Counted from the stretch's first letter, positions 46,017-55,850 are shown. The stretch: DNA of 64,000 bases from Ruminococcaceae bacterium UBA6416 (GCA_002438505.1 DJPI01000010.1:24487-88486), one strand, 5' to 3'. Notes: generated from the sequence alone by a model not told the origin. Numbers and translations: made by a program.

Positions 46017-46766
46017 ATGGACATGACTTCTCTCAGGCCGAATCCCGAAAAAAAGCTTAAAATAACCACCGATTGGGGAACCTTCTGCCGTTTTCCCGTT
46101 AAGACAAAGGTTGTTTATAAAGGTGACGTTCTCACTGACATCATGGACGAATATGTTATGCCGTTCATCAAAGAGGGCGACATGATTTTCATCAGCGAAA
46201 AAATCGTTGCCATAAGCCAGGGCAGGGCATTTGATATTGACGACATTAAGCCCTCGCGCCTTGCAAAGCTCCTTTGCAAGTTCGTCTATAAATCACCTTA
46301 CGGAATCGGACTTGGAAGTCCGTGGACAATGGAGCTTGCACTGCGCGATGTTGGCGCACCGAAAATTCTTTTTGCGGCTTTTTGCTCTGCGGTAACAAAG
46401 CCGTTCGGCATCAGAGGTGTGTTCTATAAAATTGTTGGCGAAAAAGCCCGCGCGATTGACGGCCCGTGCGATTGCACCCTTCCGCCGTATAACCACTATG
46501 CAAAGCTTGCACCGTTCAAGCCAAACGATGTTGCCGCCGACCTTGAAAAACACACCGGCTGCAAGGTTGTTGTTATGGACGCGAATGATATCGGCAGAGA
46601 AATCCTCGGAAGAAGCGATGAAGCGCTTGAAATTGATTTTTGCAAGGCTGTTTTTGAGGACAACCCCCTTGGTCAAAGCTCTCAGCAGACGCCGATTGCA
46701 ATCGTCCGCAAGGAAGAAAACACGACTGACGATATTCTTCCGGAAGATGCTCCCGCTGAAGAATAA
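46017..46766 (+). CDS. CofE-like (F420-0:gamma-glutamyl ligase fold) protein
   Basis: GDMIFISEKIVAISQGRA resembles the CofE-like family, recalled from memory. 249 aa. Confidence 0.45.
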   Translation: MDMTSLRPNPEKKLKITTDWGTFCRFPVKTKVVYKGDVLTDIMDEYVMPFIKEGDMIFISEKIVAISQGRAFDIDDIKPSRLAKLLCKFVYKSPYGIGLGSPWTMELALRDVGAPKILFAAFCSAVTKPFGIRGVFYKIVGEKARAIDGPCDCTLPPYNHYAKLAPFKPNDVAADLEKHTGCKVVVMDANDIGREILGRSDEALEIDFCKAVFEDNPLGQSSQQTPIAIVRKEENTTDDILPEDAPAEE

Positions 46767-46778
46767 TGATTATTATCA

Positions 46779-46817
46779 AAAAAGCTGTTACGAAACATCT
46801 GCTTCGTAACAGCTTTT
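46779..46817. terminator. Bidirectional terminator
   Basis: aaaaagctgttacgaa ... ttcgtaacagctttt. Confidence 0.7.
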
Positions 46818-46831
46818 GCGTTTTACTTAAG

Positions 46832-48031
46832 TTACTTAAGATTGTAATCTTTCATGTAATCGTTGATTTTTTGAACCGGATCAAGGAAAACGCTGACGGA
46901 TTCATCATGGTTGAGCGTGTCAATAATGAATGCGCAGTATTTTGACATATCAACATTTCCGTGCCACTCTCTGTCAATGAGCTCTTCCGGAGTGTAGACA
47001 AGGTTTGTTGTGAAAATCTTGTTGAAAAGTCCCTCTTTATAAGCCTCATCAAAGCGCTCAAGGCCGGAGGTGAAAAGGCCGAAGGTTGCAAAAACAAAAA
47101 TCCTTTTTGCCTTAAGGCCTTTGAGCTGGCGGCAGACATCAATGATGCTGTCTCCGCTTGAAATCATGTCATCAACAACAATAACATCCTTGCCTTCAAC
47201 ATTGTCTCCGAGGAATTCGTGCGCAAGAATCGGGTTGCGGCCGTTGACAACTCTTGAGTAATCGCGGCGCTTATAGAACATTCCAAGCTCAATTCCGAGA
47301 ACCTGTGAATAATAGACGCAACGGCTCATTCCGCCTTCATCGGGAGAGATCATCATGGTTCTTTCGGGGAGAAATTTGATGTCGTTATTAACGCTTTTTG
47401 CAAGAGCTTTAATCATCTGATAGGTTGGTGAAACGCTTTCAAAGCTGATTCTTATTGCGTTTTGAACCCTCGGGTCGTGGGCATCAAAGGTGATGATGTT
47501 TGAAACGCCCATGTTTTCAAGCTCCTGCAAAGCGAGCGCACAGTCGAGTGATTCCCTTGCGGAGCGCTTGTGCTGTCTGCCCTCATAAAGCATCGGCATG
47601 ATGACAGTGATTCTTCTTGCCTTTCCTGCACAGGCGGAGATAACTCTTTTAAGGTCGGCAAAATGATCGTCAGGACTCATCGGAATGTCAAGCGGCTTTC
47701 CGTCTGCGTCCTTGATGTCATACATCCGGTATGTTACACTGTAATTAAAGCAGTCGGCAATAATAAAAAGGTCATATCCTCTGATGGTCTCGCAAACAAC
47801 GCCCTTGCCTTCACCGGTTGAAAAACGCGGAAGCAAAACATCAATGAGATATGATTCCTTCTGATAGCCTTCAAAATATATTGAGTTTTTGTGTTCGGAC
47901 TTAACCTCTCTGCGGCAGCCGACAATATAGTCGTTAATTTTCTGCGCAAAGGCCTCGCTGCCCCTCATGGCAATAATTCCAAGGCGTCCCTGGGGAACGC
48001 TGGTCACTCCGTCTCGGTTCAAAGATGACAT
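46832..48031 (-). CDS. prs: Ribose-phosphate pyrophosphokinase family protein (long form)
   Basis: PRPP-binding loop VIVVDDMISSGDS. RITVIMPMLYEGRQHKR. I prefer ATG 48031 (RBS AGGGGG). Confidence 0.8.
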   Translation of the reverse strand: MSSLNRDGVTSVPQGRLGIIAMRGSEAFAQKINDYIVGCRREVKSEHKNSIYFEGYQKESYLIDVLLPRFSTGEGKGVVCETIRGYDLFIIADCFNYSVTYRMYDIKDADGKPLDIPMSPDDHFADLKRVISACAGKARRITVIMPMLYEGRQHKRSARESLDCALALQELENMGVSNIITFDAHDPRVQNAIRISFESVSPTYQMIKALAKSVNNDIKFLPERTMMISPDEGGMSRCVYYSQVLGIELGMFYKRRDYSRVVNGRNPILAHEFLGDNVEGKDVIVVDDMISSGDSIIDVCRQLKGLKAKRIFVFATFGLFTSGLERFDEAYKEGLFNKIFTTNLVYTPEELIDREWHGNVDMSKYCAFIIDTLNHDESVSVFLDPVQKINDYMKDYNLK

Positions 48032-48058
48032 AATAAATACCCCCTGAAAATCTCTCTT

Positions 48059-48133
48059 AAAAAGCCGGGCGGACAACACTGTCCGCCAAAAATGATACAA
48101 ATTAATTCTACTGTTTTAAGCGTGAGATAGCAA
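48059..48133 (-). promoter_or_regulatory. prs promoter plus GC-rich leader hairpin
   Basis: Minus strand: TTGCTA, 17-nt spacer, TAGAAT (48133..48105). Then ggcggaca-gtgt-tgtccgcc (48087..48068), followed by cggcTTTTT. Confidence 0.45.
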
Positions 48134-48238
48134 TAGATATGCCGAAACTTGTCAGCAAAAATAAAATTTTGTCAAAGAATTTTATTTAGCACAATATAAC
48201 AAAAAAGCGAAAAAGGTCGGTTATCACCGCAAAGCATA

Positions 48239-49405
48239 TCAGCTATAGCTTGATTCGGTGGTTATAACCGCATAATAATTTTCGTTCTGCTCTCTGATTT
48301 TTTCGCTCAAGAGTTCTTTTGTTTGTCTTTCGGAATATTTAAAGTCAAACGGAATAACAAGGTCAAAGATAAGGTTTGTGTGGGTTGGACCGTCAACAAC
48401 CCTGAAGTCATGAATCTGGAGCGCCGGGTCAATTTCACGGCACCGGGCGGTAACAAGAGAGTGGAGCTCGTCAACCCGTTCATCGTTAACAACAAGCGGA
48501 TCCATATGAATAACAAGCTGAATTGAAAACTTTTTCAAAACCTCGCGTTCAATGAGGTCAATGGTGTCATGTGCTTTAAGAATGTCAACGGTTGAGGGAA
48601 CCTCTGCATGGACGGACGCAAAGAATTTTGAAGCACCATAGGAGTGAATAACAAGGTCATGAATTCCGATTATGCCGTCATGACTCAAAATGAATGAGCG
48701 CAAGGAATCAACAAGCTCCTTTGAGGGCGGAGTACCGAGCAGGATTCCAATGGTCTCCTTTAGTATCCCGAGGCCGGAATACATTATGAAAAGCGCAACA
48801 ACAATTCCGAAAACGCCGTCAACCGGGAAAGACGTAAATTGAGAAAGAATGAGCGCAAGCAGCGTTGAGGCGGTTGCTGCGGTGTCGCTTATGCTGTCTG
48901 CAACAACGGCGCTCATTGCCGGAGAGTCGATTTTTTTTCCGAGATAGCGGTTGAAAAGCGCAAGCCAGATTTTTCCGCCGATTGAAAGCAGCAGAACGGC
49001 GCACGCCGCCCATGAAAAGACGGATGGCTCGGGATTTTTGATTTTTTCAATCGAAGATTTGATGAGCTCAAGGCCCATCATTTCAACAATGAAGCCAACA
49101 ACGAGTGCGGCAACATATTCAATCCTGCCGTGGCCGAACGGATGCTCCTTGTCCGGCTTTGCACCGGCCATTCTGAAACCGACGAGCGTGACAACATTTG
49201 AACCGGCGTCCGAGAGGTTGTTGAGCGCATCACCGGTGATTGCAATACTGTGGCTCGCCGTTCCGATTATGAACTTTGCAGTGGCAAGAAGAACATTGAC
49301 AATTATTCCCGCAATTCCGCTGAGCATTCCGTATCTTTCACGCACAACGGCGCTGTGGGTTCTTTCGCTGTCTTTAACAAACAGCCGGACAAGTTGCTTG
49401 AACAT
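48239..49405 (-). CDS. Cation diffusion facilitator (CDF) family metal efflux transporter
   Basis: HSIAITGDALNNLSDAGS and EHPFGHGRIEY are CDF signatures. I prefer ATG 49405. Confidence 0.85.
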   Translation of the reverse strand: MFKQLVRLFVKDSERTHSAVVRERYGMLSGIAGIIVNVLLATAKFIIGTASHSIAITGDALNNLSDAGSNVVTLVGFRMAGAKPDKEHPFGHGRIEYVAALVVGFIVEMMGLELIKSSIEKIKNPEPSVFSWAACAVLLLSIGGKIWLALFNRYLGKKIDSPAMSAVVADSISDTAATASTLLALILSQFTSFPVDGVFGIVVALFIMYSGLGILKETIGILLGTPPSKELVDSLRSFILSHDGIIGIHDLVIHSYGASKFFASVHAEVPSTVDILKAHDTIDLIEREVLKKFSIQLVIHMDPLVVNDERVDELHSLVTARCREIDPALQIHDFRVVDGPTHTNLIFDLVIPFDFKYSERQTKELLSEKIREQNENYYAVITTESSYS

Positions 49406-49468
49406 CGGCAAAACCTCGCAATAGCAGCGCACGCCTGCAAGGTGCAAGCGTGCAAAATTAATAACTGA

Positions 49469-50389
49469 TTATTTTTCAACAATGTGAACATCGAGCTGAT
49501 CATACGGAATGTTGATTTTGTTTTTGTCAAAGGCAAGCTTAACACTCTCCTGCATTGCAAAATATACATTCCAGTAATCGGCGTTGAGACACCAGAGCCT
49601 GACGGTCAGCTCAACCGCGCTTGCACCGTGGGAGTTGACATAGACAACCGGCGCCGGATCCTGAAGGACGGCGGAATTCTGTGTTGCCGTTTCAAGGATA
49701 ACGGACTTTGCTTTTGTGATGTCATCGTCATAGCCTATTGAGAACGTCAGATCAACGCGGCGCTCTTTTTCGGCCGAGTAGTTGACAATGTGGTTTTTGG
49801 TCAGATCGGAGTTTGGAATAATAATGCGTTTGTTGTCTGCGGTTGTGATTATTGTGTTCATGAAGCGTATTTCCGAAATGTTTCCGGCAAGGCCGCCAAC
49901 TTCAATAAAATCGCCGTTTTTGAACGGGTGGTTGAGAAGAATCTGAACACCGCTTGCGCATTGGGCAACACTGTCTTGAAGGCCGAGGCCGATTGCAACG
50001 CCGACGGCACTGAACGCGGCAAGGATTGAGGTGATTTTGATGAACATTGAAAGCGCCGTGAGGAAGAAAATCAGCTTCACAAAAGCGGAAATCATCCGCG
50101 CAATGAACTTATAAACCGTTGGGTCAACATTCTGTGACTTCATGGCCTTTGTTGCAAGCTTTGAAATCAGCCTTGAAAGCCAGATTCCGAGGATGATGAT
50201 AACAACGGCGATGATGATTGTTGGAAGCTTATCGAAAAATTTGTTAACAAGGTCCCATTTTTTCCAAAGAGAACTGAAGTTTCGGACGGCTTCCTCGGGA
50301 TTCACGAACTGACCGCTCGCGTCAAGAAGGGGATTGGTGGTGGACTCGGCTTTTTCAATGCCAAGCTCCAGAAGTCTGAGTCCGGTCAA
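49469..50389 (-). CDS. mscS: Small-conductance mechanosensitive channel (MscS family)
   Basis: Three TM segments followed by PFKNGDFIEVGGLAGNISEIRFMNTIITTADNKRIIIPNS. Confidence 0.85.
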   Translation of the reverse strand: MTGLRLLELGIEKAESTTNPLLDASGQFVNPEEAVRNFSSLWKKWDLVNKFFDKLPTIIIAVVIIILGIWLSRLISKLATKAMKSQNVDPTVYKFIARMISAFVKLIFFLTALSMFIKITSILAAFSAVGVAIGLGLQDSVAQCASGVQILLNHPFKNGDFIEVGGLAGNISEIRFMNTIITTADNKRIIIPNSDLTKNHIVNYSAEKERRVDLTFSIGYDDDITKAKSVILETATQNSAVLQDPAPVVYVNSHGASAVELTVRLWCLNADYWNVYFAMQESVKLAFDKNKINIPYDQLDVHIVEK

Positions 50390-50513
50390 TTTTTAACACT
50401 CCTTTGCTTTTTTGAAGTCTTTCATATATTAACATAGTACGTCTGAAAAATAATAATCGTTCGGAAAAATCAGAACGATTAGCCGAGGGTAAATACACAA
50501 AGGCAAAAATAAT

Positions 50514-50542
50514 AAAAGGGAACCGGCGCGCGGTTCCCTTTT
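50514..50542. terminator. Palindromic terminator downstream of hydA
   Basis: aaaagggaaccg-gcgc-gcggttccctttt. Confidence 0.65.
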
Positions 50543-50549
50543 GCGGTGA

Positions 50550-52301
50550 TTATTTGGTGAACATCGGCCTCTTGACATATGAGGTGTGGAGAATTTCATG
50601 AGCCTTGTGGCTGTTCGGCTCGCCGAGGAATTCTTTGTAAACCTCCTTAACGTCCTCGCTTTCGTGGCTCTTGCGGTGCGGGCGGCTCTTGTCGTTTTCA
50701 TAAAGAGCGTTTGCTCGCAGATTTTTATAGTCAACAAAGTTGCGGACGGAAGCCGGCTGAACGGGTTGACCGCCGCCGTTGATGCAGCCGCCGGGGCAGC
50801 CCATGATTTCAACAAAGATGTAATCGGCCGAGCCGTCCTTGATTTTATCCATAAGAACCTTTGCGTTCTTTGTTCCGCTTGCAACTGCAACCTTAACGTC
50901 CAAGTCGCCAAGTTTATATGAAGCTTCCTTGATGCCTTCCATTCCGCGAACATCGGTGAACTCAACGCTTTCAAGCTCTTTTCCGGTGATAACTTCCGCC
51001 GCGGTACGCAGTGCTGCTTCCATAACGCCGCCGGTTGCACCGAAAATAACCGCTGCGCCGGTGCCTCTGCCGAGAGGTGCGTCCGGTTCTTCGTCGGGCA
51101 GTGAGGTGAACTTGATTCCGGCGCCCTTGATCATTCTTCCAAGCTCTCTTGTTGTGAGAACAATGTCAACATCGGAATAGCCGCTTGCGCTTTCATCGTC
51201 TCTTGAACATTCAAACTTCTTTGCCGTGCAGGGCATTACGGAAACGGAAACAATGTCTTTCGGGTCAATGCCGTTCTTTTCGGCGTAATAGGTCTTGATG
51301 ATTGCGCCTTGCATCTGCTGCGGAGATTTGCAGGAGGAAAGGTGGTCAAGCTCTGTCGGATAATAATGCTCGCAGTACTTGATCCAGCCGGGTGAGCAGG
51401 AGGTGATCATCGGAAGAACGCCGCCGTTTTTAACGCGGGAGAGAAGCTCGGTTGCCTCCTCCATGATTGTCAGGTCGGCGCCGAAGTTTGTGTCAAAAAC
51501 CTTGTCAAAGCCAAGACGGCGCAAAGCGGCAAAAAGCTTTCCGGTAACATCTGTTCCAATGGGCATATTGAAGCATTCACCGAGTGTTGCTCTGACGGCC
51601 GGGGCAGCCTGAACAACAACGTGCTTTGTCGGGTCATTAAGTGCGTCCCAAACCTTTTGGGTGTCGTCTTTTTCATAAAGAGCACCGGTCGGGCAGTTGA
51701 CAATGCACTGGCCGCAGGAGATGCATGAGGTTTGAGCAAGGTCAAGCTCAAAGGCTGAACCGATGTGGGTGTCAATACCTCTTGCGTTTGCACCGATAAC
51801 GCCGATTCCCTGCTCGTTGCAGGCCGCAACGCAGCGGCGGCAGAGGATGCACTTGTTGTTGTCGCGAACCATGTGAGCGGCGGAGGTGTCAAGCTTATAG
51901 ACGGGCTTAAAGCCGTCAAGAATACCCTCATCATCAATTCCGTATTCAAGGCAGAGCTTTTGAAGCTCACACTTCTGGTTGCGGACGCAGGAGAGACACT
52001 TTCTTTCGTGGGTTGAAAGGATGAGCTCAAGCGTTCTTTTTCTTGATTCACGAACCTTTTTGGTGTTGGTGAAAATCTCGGTTCCTTCTCTTTCAATCGG
52101 ATATACACACGCGGCAACAAGCGAGCGCGCGCCCTTGACCTCAACAACGCAGAAACGGCAGGCGCCGATTTCGTTGATGTCTTTAAGGAAGCAGAGGGTG
52201 GGAATTTCAATTCCAACCTGATGAGCTGCTTCAAGAATGGTCGTACCGTAGGGAACGGTACAGGACATTCCGTTGATTTTAATGTTAAGCATATTTTCCA
52301 T
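50550..52301 (-). CDS. hydA: [FeFe]-hydrogenase catalytic subunit (bifurcating HydABC type)
   Basis: N-terminal 2Fe-2S and 4Fe-4S Cys motifs. H-cluster motifs MPCTAKKFE and EIMGCPGGCINGGGQP. The L1 motif reads TSCSPGW. Confidence 0.88.
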   Translation of the reverse strand: MENMLNIKINGMSCTVPYGTTILEAAHQVGIEIPTLCFLKDINEIGACRFCVVEVKGARSLVAACVYPIEREGTEIFTNTKKVRESRKRTLELILSTHERKCLSCVRNQKCELQKLCLEYGIDDEGILDGFKPVYKLDTSAAHMVRDNNKCILCRRCVAACNEQGIGVIGANARGIDTHIGSAFELDLAQTSCISCGQCIVNCPTGALYEKDDTQKVWDALNDPTKHVVVQAAPAVRATLGECFNMPIGTDVTGKLFAALRRLGFDKVFDTNFGADLTIMEEATELLSRVKNGGVLPMITSCSPGWIKYCEHYYPTELDHLSSCKSPQQMQGAIIKTYYAEKNGIDPKDIVSVSVMPCTAKKFECSRDDESASGYSDVDIVLTTRELGRMIKGAGIKFTSLPDEEPDAPLGRGTGAAVIFGATGGVMEAALRTAAEVITGKELESVEFTDVRGMEGIKEASYKLGDLDVKVAVASGTKNAKVLMDKIKDGSADYIFVEIMGCPGGCINGGGQPVQPASVRNFVDYKNLRANALYENDKSRPHRKSHESEDVKEVYKEFLGEPNSHKAHEILHTSYVKRPMFTK

Positions 52302-52315
52302 TATCCCGTACCTCC

Positions 52316-54124
52316 TTATTCTTTAACAATGGCTTTGAAGCGGCAAACGCCCTCGCAGGCACCGCACTTGACGCACTTGTTTGCGTCAATTTCAAAAGCA
52401 GCAAGTTTCTTTCCGGGTGCAACGTAATCGGTTCTTGAAATTGCCGACGCCGGGCACTGCTTTGCGCACATTCCGCAGCCGAAGCACTTGTCCTTGATAA
52501 CCTTGTAAGTCAAAAGGTCTTTGCAGACGCCGGCCGGGCACTTTTTGTCAACAACGTGAGCAAGATATTCGTTGCGGAAGAACTTGAGCGTTGCAAGAAC
52601 AGGGTTGGGAGCGGTCTGGCCAAGGCCGCAAAGCGAGTTCTCTTTAATGTAATAGCAAAGCTCTTCAAGCTTGTCAAGATCCTCAAGCGTACCCTTGCCT
52701 GAGGTGATTTTATCAAGCATTTCAAGAAGCCTTCTTGTTCCAACGCGGCAGGGGGTGCATTTTCCGCAGCTTTCGTCAACGGTGAAATGAAGGAAAAATT
52801 TTGCAATGTCAACCATGCAGTTGTCCTCGTCCATAACGATGAGTCCGCCGGAACCCATCATGCAGCCGATAGCCGTGAGGTTGTCATAGTCTATCGGAGT
52901 GTCAATGAGCGAGGCCGGAATGCAGCCACCGGACGGGCCGCCGGTCTGAGCCGCCTTGAACTTCTTTCCGTTCGGAATTCCGCCGCCGATTTCCTCAATG
53001 ATTTCGCGCAGCGTTGTTCCCATCGGAATTTCAACAAGGCCGGTGTTCGCAATTTTTCCGCCGAGAGCGAAAACTTTTGTTCCCTTTGATTTTTCGGTAC
53101 CCATTGAGGCAAAGAACTCAGCGCCTTCACGGATAATGGTCGGAATGTTTGCAAAGGTTTCAACATTGTTTTCCGTTGTCGGCTTTGCAAAAAGTCCTTT
53201 AACCGCCGGATAGGGAGGACGGGGTCTCGGCTCGCCGCGGTTGCCTTCAATCGAGGTCATGAGCGCGGTTTCCTCGCCGCAGACGAATGCGCCCGCGCCG
53301 AGTTTGACGTGAAGGTCAAAGTCAAAGCCGGAACCGAAGATGTCCTTTCCGAGCAGACCCATTTCTCTTGCCTGCTCAATGGCAATTTTGAGTCTCTTGA
53401 CGGCGATGGGATATTCGGCGCGGACATATATGTAGCCCTCGGTTGCTCCGGTTGCATAGCCGCAGATTGTCATTGCCTCAACAATGCAGTGCGGGTCGCC
53501 CTCAAGAACACTTCTGTCCATGAAAGCACCGGGGTCGCCCTCATCGGCGTTGCAGACAACATATTTCTGGTCGGCCTTGTTCGCCGCGGTGAAGCTCCAT
53601 TTGAGGCCGGTCGGGAATCCGCCGCCGCCTCTTCCGCGCAGGCCGGAGTCCTTAACAATTTGAATAACCTGTTCGGGAGTCAGCTCGGTCAGGCATTTTG
53701 CAAGAGCCTGATAACCGTCATATGCGATATATTCGTTGATGTCCTCGGGGTTAATTACGCCGCAGTTGCGCAGGGCAATTCTGTGCTGCTTTTTGTAAAA
53801 CTGAGTTTCCTTGAGCGGCTTGACCTCCTGGCCGTGAACGGTCTCATCATAAAGAAGGCGCTTGACCATGCGGCCTTTGAGAAGATGCTCTTCAACAATT
53901 TCCGGAACGTCCTCAACCTTGACTTCCGAATAAAAGCAGCCTTCGGGATAAACAATCATAATCGGGCCGAGAGCGCAAAGACCAAAGCAGCCGGTGCGGA
54001 TGACCTTGATTTCATTTTCAAGTCCCTGTGCCTTAATTTCCCTTTCAAGAGCTTCAATAATTGCCGGTGAGTTTGAGGAAGTACAGCCGGTACCGCCGCA
54101 AACAAGCACATGTGAACGATACAT
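52316..54124 (-). CDS. hydB: NuoF-like flavoprotein subunit of bifurcating hydrogenase
   Basis: GRGGGGFPTGLKW (FMN/NADH site). The ESCGKCTPCR 4Fe-4S motif. C-terminal 2x[4Fe-4S] ferredoxin motifs. Confidence 0.88.
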   Translation of the reverse strand: MYRSHVLVCGGTGCTSSNSPAIIEALEREIKAQGLENEIKVIRTGCFGLCALGPIMIVYPEGCFYSEVKVEDVPEIVEEHLLKGRMVKRLLYDETVHGQEVKPLKETQFYKKQHRIALRNCGVINPEDINEYIAYDGYQALAKCLTELTPEQVIQIVKDSGLRGRGGGGFPTGLKWSFTAANKADQKYVVCNADEGDPGAFMDRSVLEGDPHCIVEAMTICGYATGATEGYIYVRAEYPIAVKRLKIAIEQAREMGLLGKDIFGSGFDFDLHVKLGAGAFVCGEETALMTSIEGNRGEPRPRPPYPAVKGLFAKPTTENNVETFANIPTIIREGAEFFASMGTEKSKGTKVFALGGKIANTGLVEIPMGTTLREIIEEIGGGIPNGKKFKAAQTGGPSGGCIPASLIDTPIDYDNLTAIGCMMGSGGLIVMDEDNCMVDIAKFFLHFTVDESCGKCTPCRVGTRRLLEMLDKITSGKGTLEDLDKLEELCYYIKENSLCGLGQTAPNPVLATLKFFRNEYLAHVVDKKCPAGVCKDLLTYKVIKDKCFGCGMCAKQCPASAISRTDYVAPGKKLAAFEIDANKCVKCGACEGVCRFKAIVKE

Positions 54125-54136
54125 TTTGTTACCTCC

Positions 54137-54508
54137 TTATTTTGCAACGGCTCCGACCGTGTATTCAACCACGGGCTTTCCGTTGACGATGTGTTCAACA
54201 ACAACCTTTGCAGCCTTTTCCGCGGTCATGTTGACGTAAGTGACCTTTTCCTTTCCCGGCTCAAGAACCTCAACAATGGGTTCATACTGGCACATACCGA
54301 TGCAGCCGGTCTGTGAAACGGTGACATGGGAAAGATTTCTCTTTGAAATTTCTTCAGTGAATTTGTTCATAACGGGTCTTGCGCCCGCGGCAATTCCGCA
54401 GGTTGCCATTCCGACGACGATTCTTGTAACCTCGGTTGAATCGTCTCTTGCGGTCATTTTAGCCTTTGCGGCATCTCTGAGAGCCATAAGCTCTTCAATA
54501 CTTTTCAT
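54137..54508 (-). CDS. Thioredoxin-like [2Fe-2S] ferredoxin (HndB-like)
   Basis: VVGMATCGIAAG...GCIGMCQYEP. GGAGG lies 9 nt upstream of ATG 54508. Confidence 0.7.
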   Translation of the reverse strand: MKSIEELMALRDAAKAKMTARDDSTEVTRIVVGMATCGIAAGARPVMNKFTEEISKRNLSHVTVSQTGCIGMCQYEPIVEVLEPGKEKVTYVNMTAEKAAKVVVEHIVNGKPVVEYTVGAVAK

Positions 54509-54617
54509 AATTTTGTGCACCTCCGTTAAATGCAAGTCTTTTAAGGTAACCGATGATTGAATTGAAAAAAACAGATATCCCGTCAGGGCTTTTTCTCCTC
54601 GGTCAATCGGCGGTCAC

Positions 54618-55151
54618 TCAGACGTTTGTGTTTTCATTGATGTATTCGGTCAGCCATTGAGCAATGCTCGGCTCGGAAAGCGGAACATCTCCGAGAATTT
54701 CTTTAAGCTTTCTTGTGTCAAGCGAAAACTCATGCTCGTCTTTCCTGAAGTTATAGACAAAGTCGATGTGAGTGTTCATTGTGACGAGAGTGACAATGGT
54801 GCTCGTCATATCGCCAAGGGGAGTGAAGTCAATATTATCGGTTTTGAAAACCGCTTTGACCTTTGTTCCCTTTCCAACCTCGCTTTCGATTGAAAACGAG
54901 CCGCCGGTCATTTCCGCCGCCATTTTGAAAAGCGGAACGCCGAGGCCGACCTTCCTTGTTGTTCGCGTTGTGAAAAACGGGTCGCGGACAGCCGAAAGCT
55001 GTTCCTTTGTCATTCCCTTACCGTTGTCGGCAACGGTAAGAACAAGTTCGTGCAGCGCAGTTTTTTCATTCACCTCGATTGTAACGAGGCTCGAGTTCGC
55101 AGCAATCGAGTTTTGAGCGATGTCAAGAACATTGAGTGAAAGCTCGCGCAT
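54618..55151 (-). CDS. Histidine-kinase-like ATPase (HATPase_c) domain protein within the hydrogenase operon
   Basis: LNVLDIAQNS (N-box-like), DNGKGM (G1), GLGVPL (G2). There is no sensor or DHp domain. Its start overlaps the hydC stop. Confidence 0.7.
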   Translation of the reverse strand: MRELSLNVLDIAQNSIAANSSLVTIEVNEKTALHELVLTVADNGKGMTKEQLSAVRDPFFTTRTTRKVGLGVPLFKMAAEMTGGSFSIESEVGKGTKVKAVFKTDNIDFTPLGDMTSTIVTLVTMNTHIDFVYNFRKDEHEFSLDTRKLKEILGDVPLSEPSIAQWLTEYINENTNV

Positions 55152-55645
55152 TACTGATATTTTTCAAGGATGCCCTTGACGTCCGCCGCAGTGATTTTTC
55201 CGTAAACATCATCGTTGACCGTTATAACCGGTGCAAGGCCGCAGGCGCCAATGCAGCGGCAGGCAGTGAGTGAGAAGCGGCCGTCCGGGGTGCATTCCTC
55301 GGCACCGATTCCGAGCTGAGCGGAAAGCTCGTCAAGAATTTCCTGGGAGCCTTTAACGTAACAGGCGGTTCCGAGGCAGACGGAAATTGCGTATTCGCCC
55401 TTCGGTGAAAGGGCGAATTGGGCATAGAATGTTGCAACGCCGTATACCTTTTCAAGCGGAACACCCATTCCATCGGCAATCATCTGCTGAACTTCAAACG
55501 GAAGGTAGCCGTAAATTTCCTGGGCAACCTGCATAACGTGCATCAGCTGGCTGTTGTCTCCCGTGCATTGAGCGATGACCTGTTTCAGCTTTTCTTCCTG
55601 CTCCTTAGTCCCCGAAAAAGGAATTCTGCTGATTTTTTTGAGCAT
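55151..55645 (-). CDS. hydC: NuoE-like [2Fe-2S] subunit of bifurcating hydrogenase
   Basis: SVCLGTACYVKG...CRCIGACGLAP matches the NuoE-type Cys pattern. Confidence 0.85.
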   Translation of the reverse strand: MLKKISRIPFSGTKEQEEKLKQVIAQCTGDNSQLMHVMQVAQEIYGYLPFEVQQMIADGMGVPLEKVYGVATFYAQFALSPKGEYAISVCLGTACYVKGSQEILDELSAQLGIGAEECTPDGRFSLTACRCIGACGLAPVITVNDDVYGKITAADVKGILEKYQ

Positions 55646-55850
55646 TGAATTTTATCCTCCTTTAACGGCATGGCGCCGTCAGAATAAATTGATAAGCCTA
55701 TGATCGAATTAAAAATGCTCACATAAACCCATACTATAACATAATATCACAAATTTACAAAAAAATCTATAGTTTTCTTATCTTTATATCGGCCTTCGTG
55801 CATCGGGCGCTTGCAGGGTGCCGCCGGACGATTATTAATTATTATTTGTA

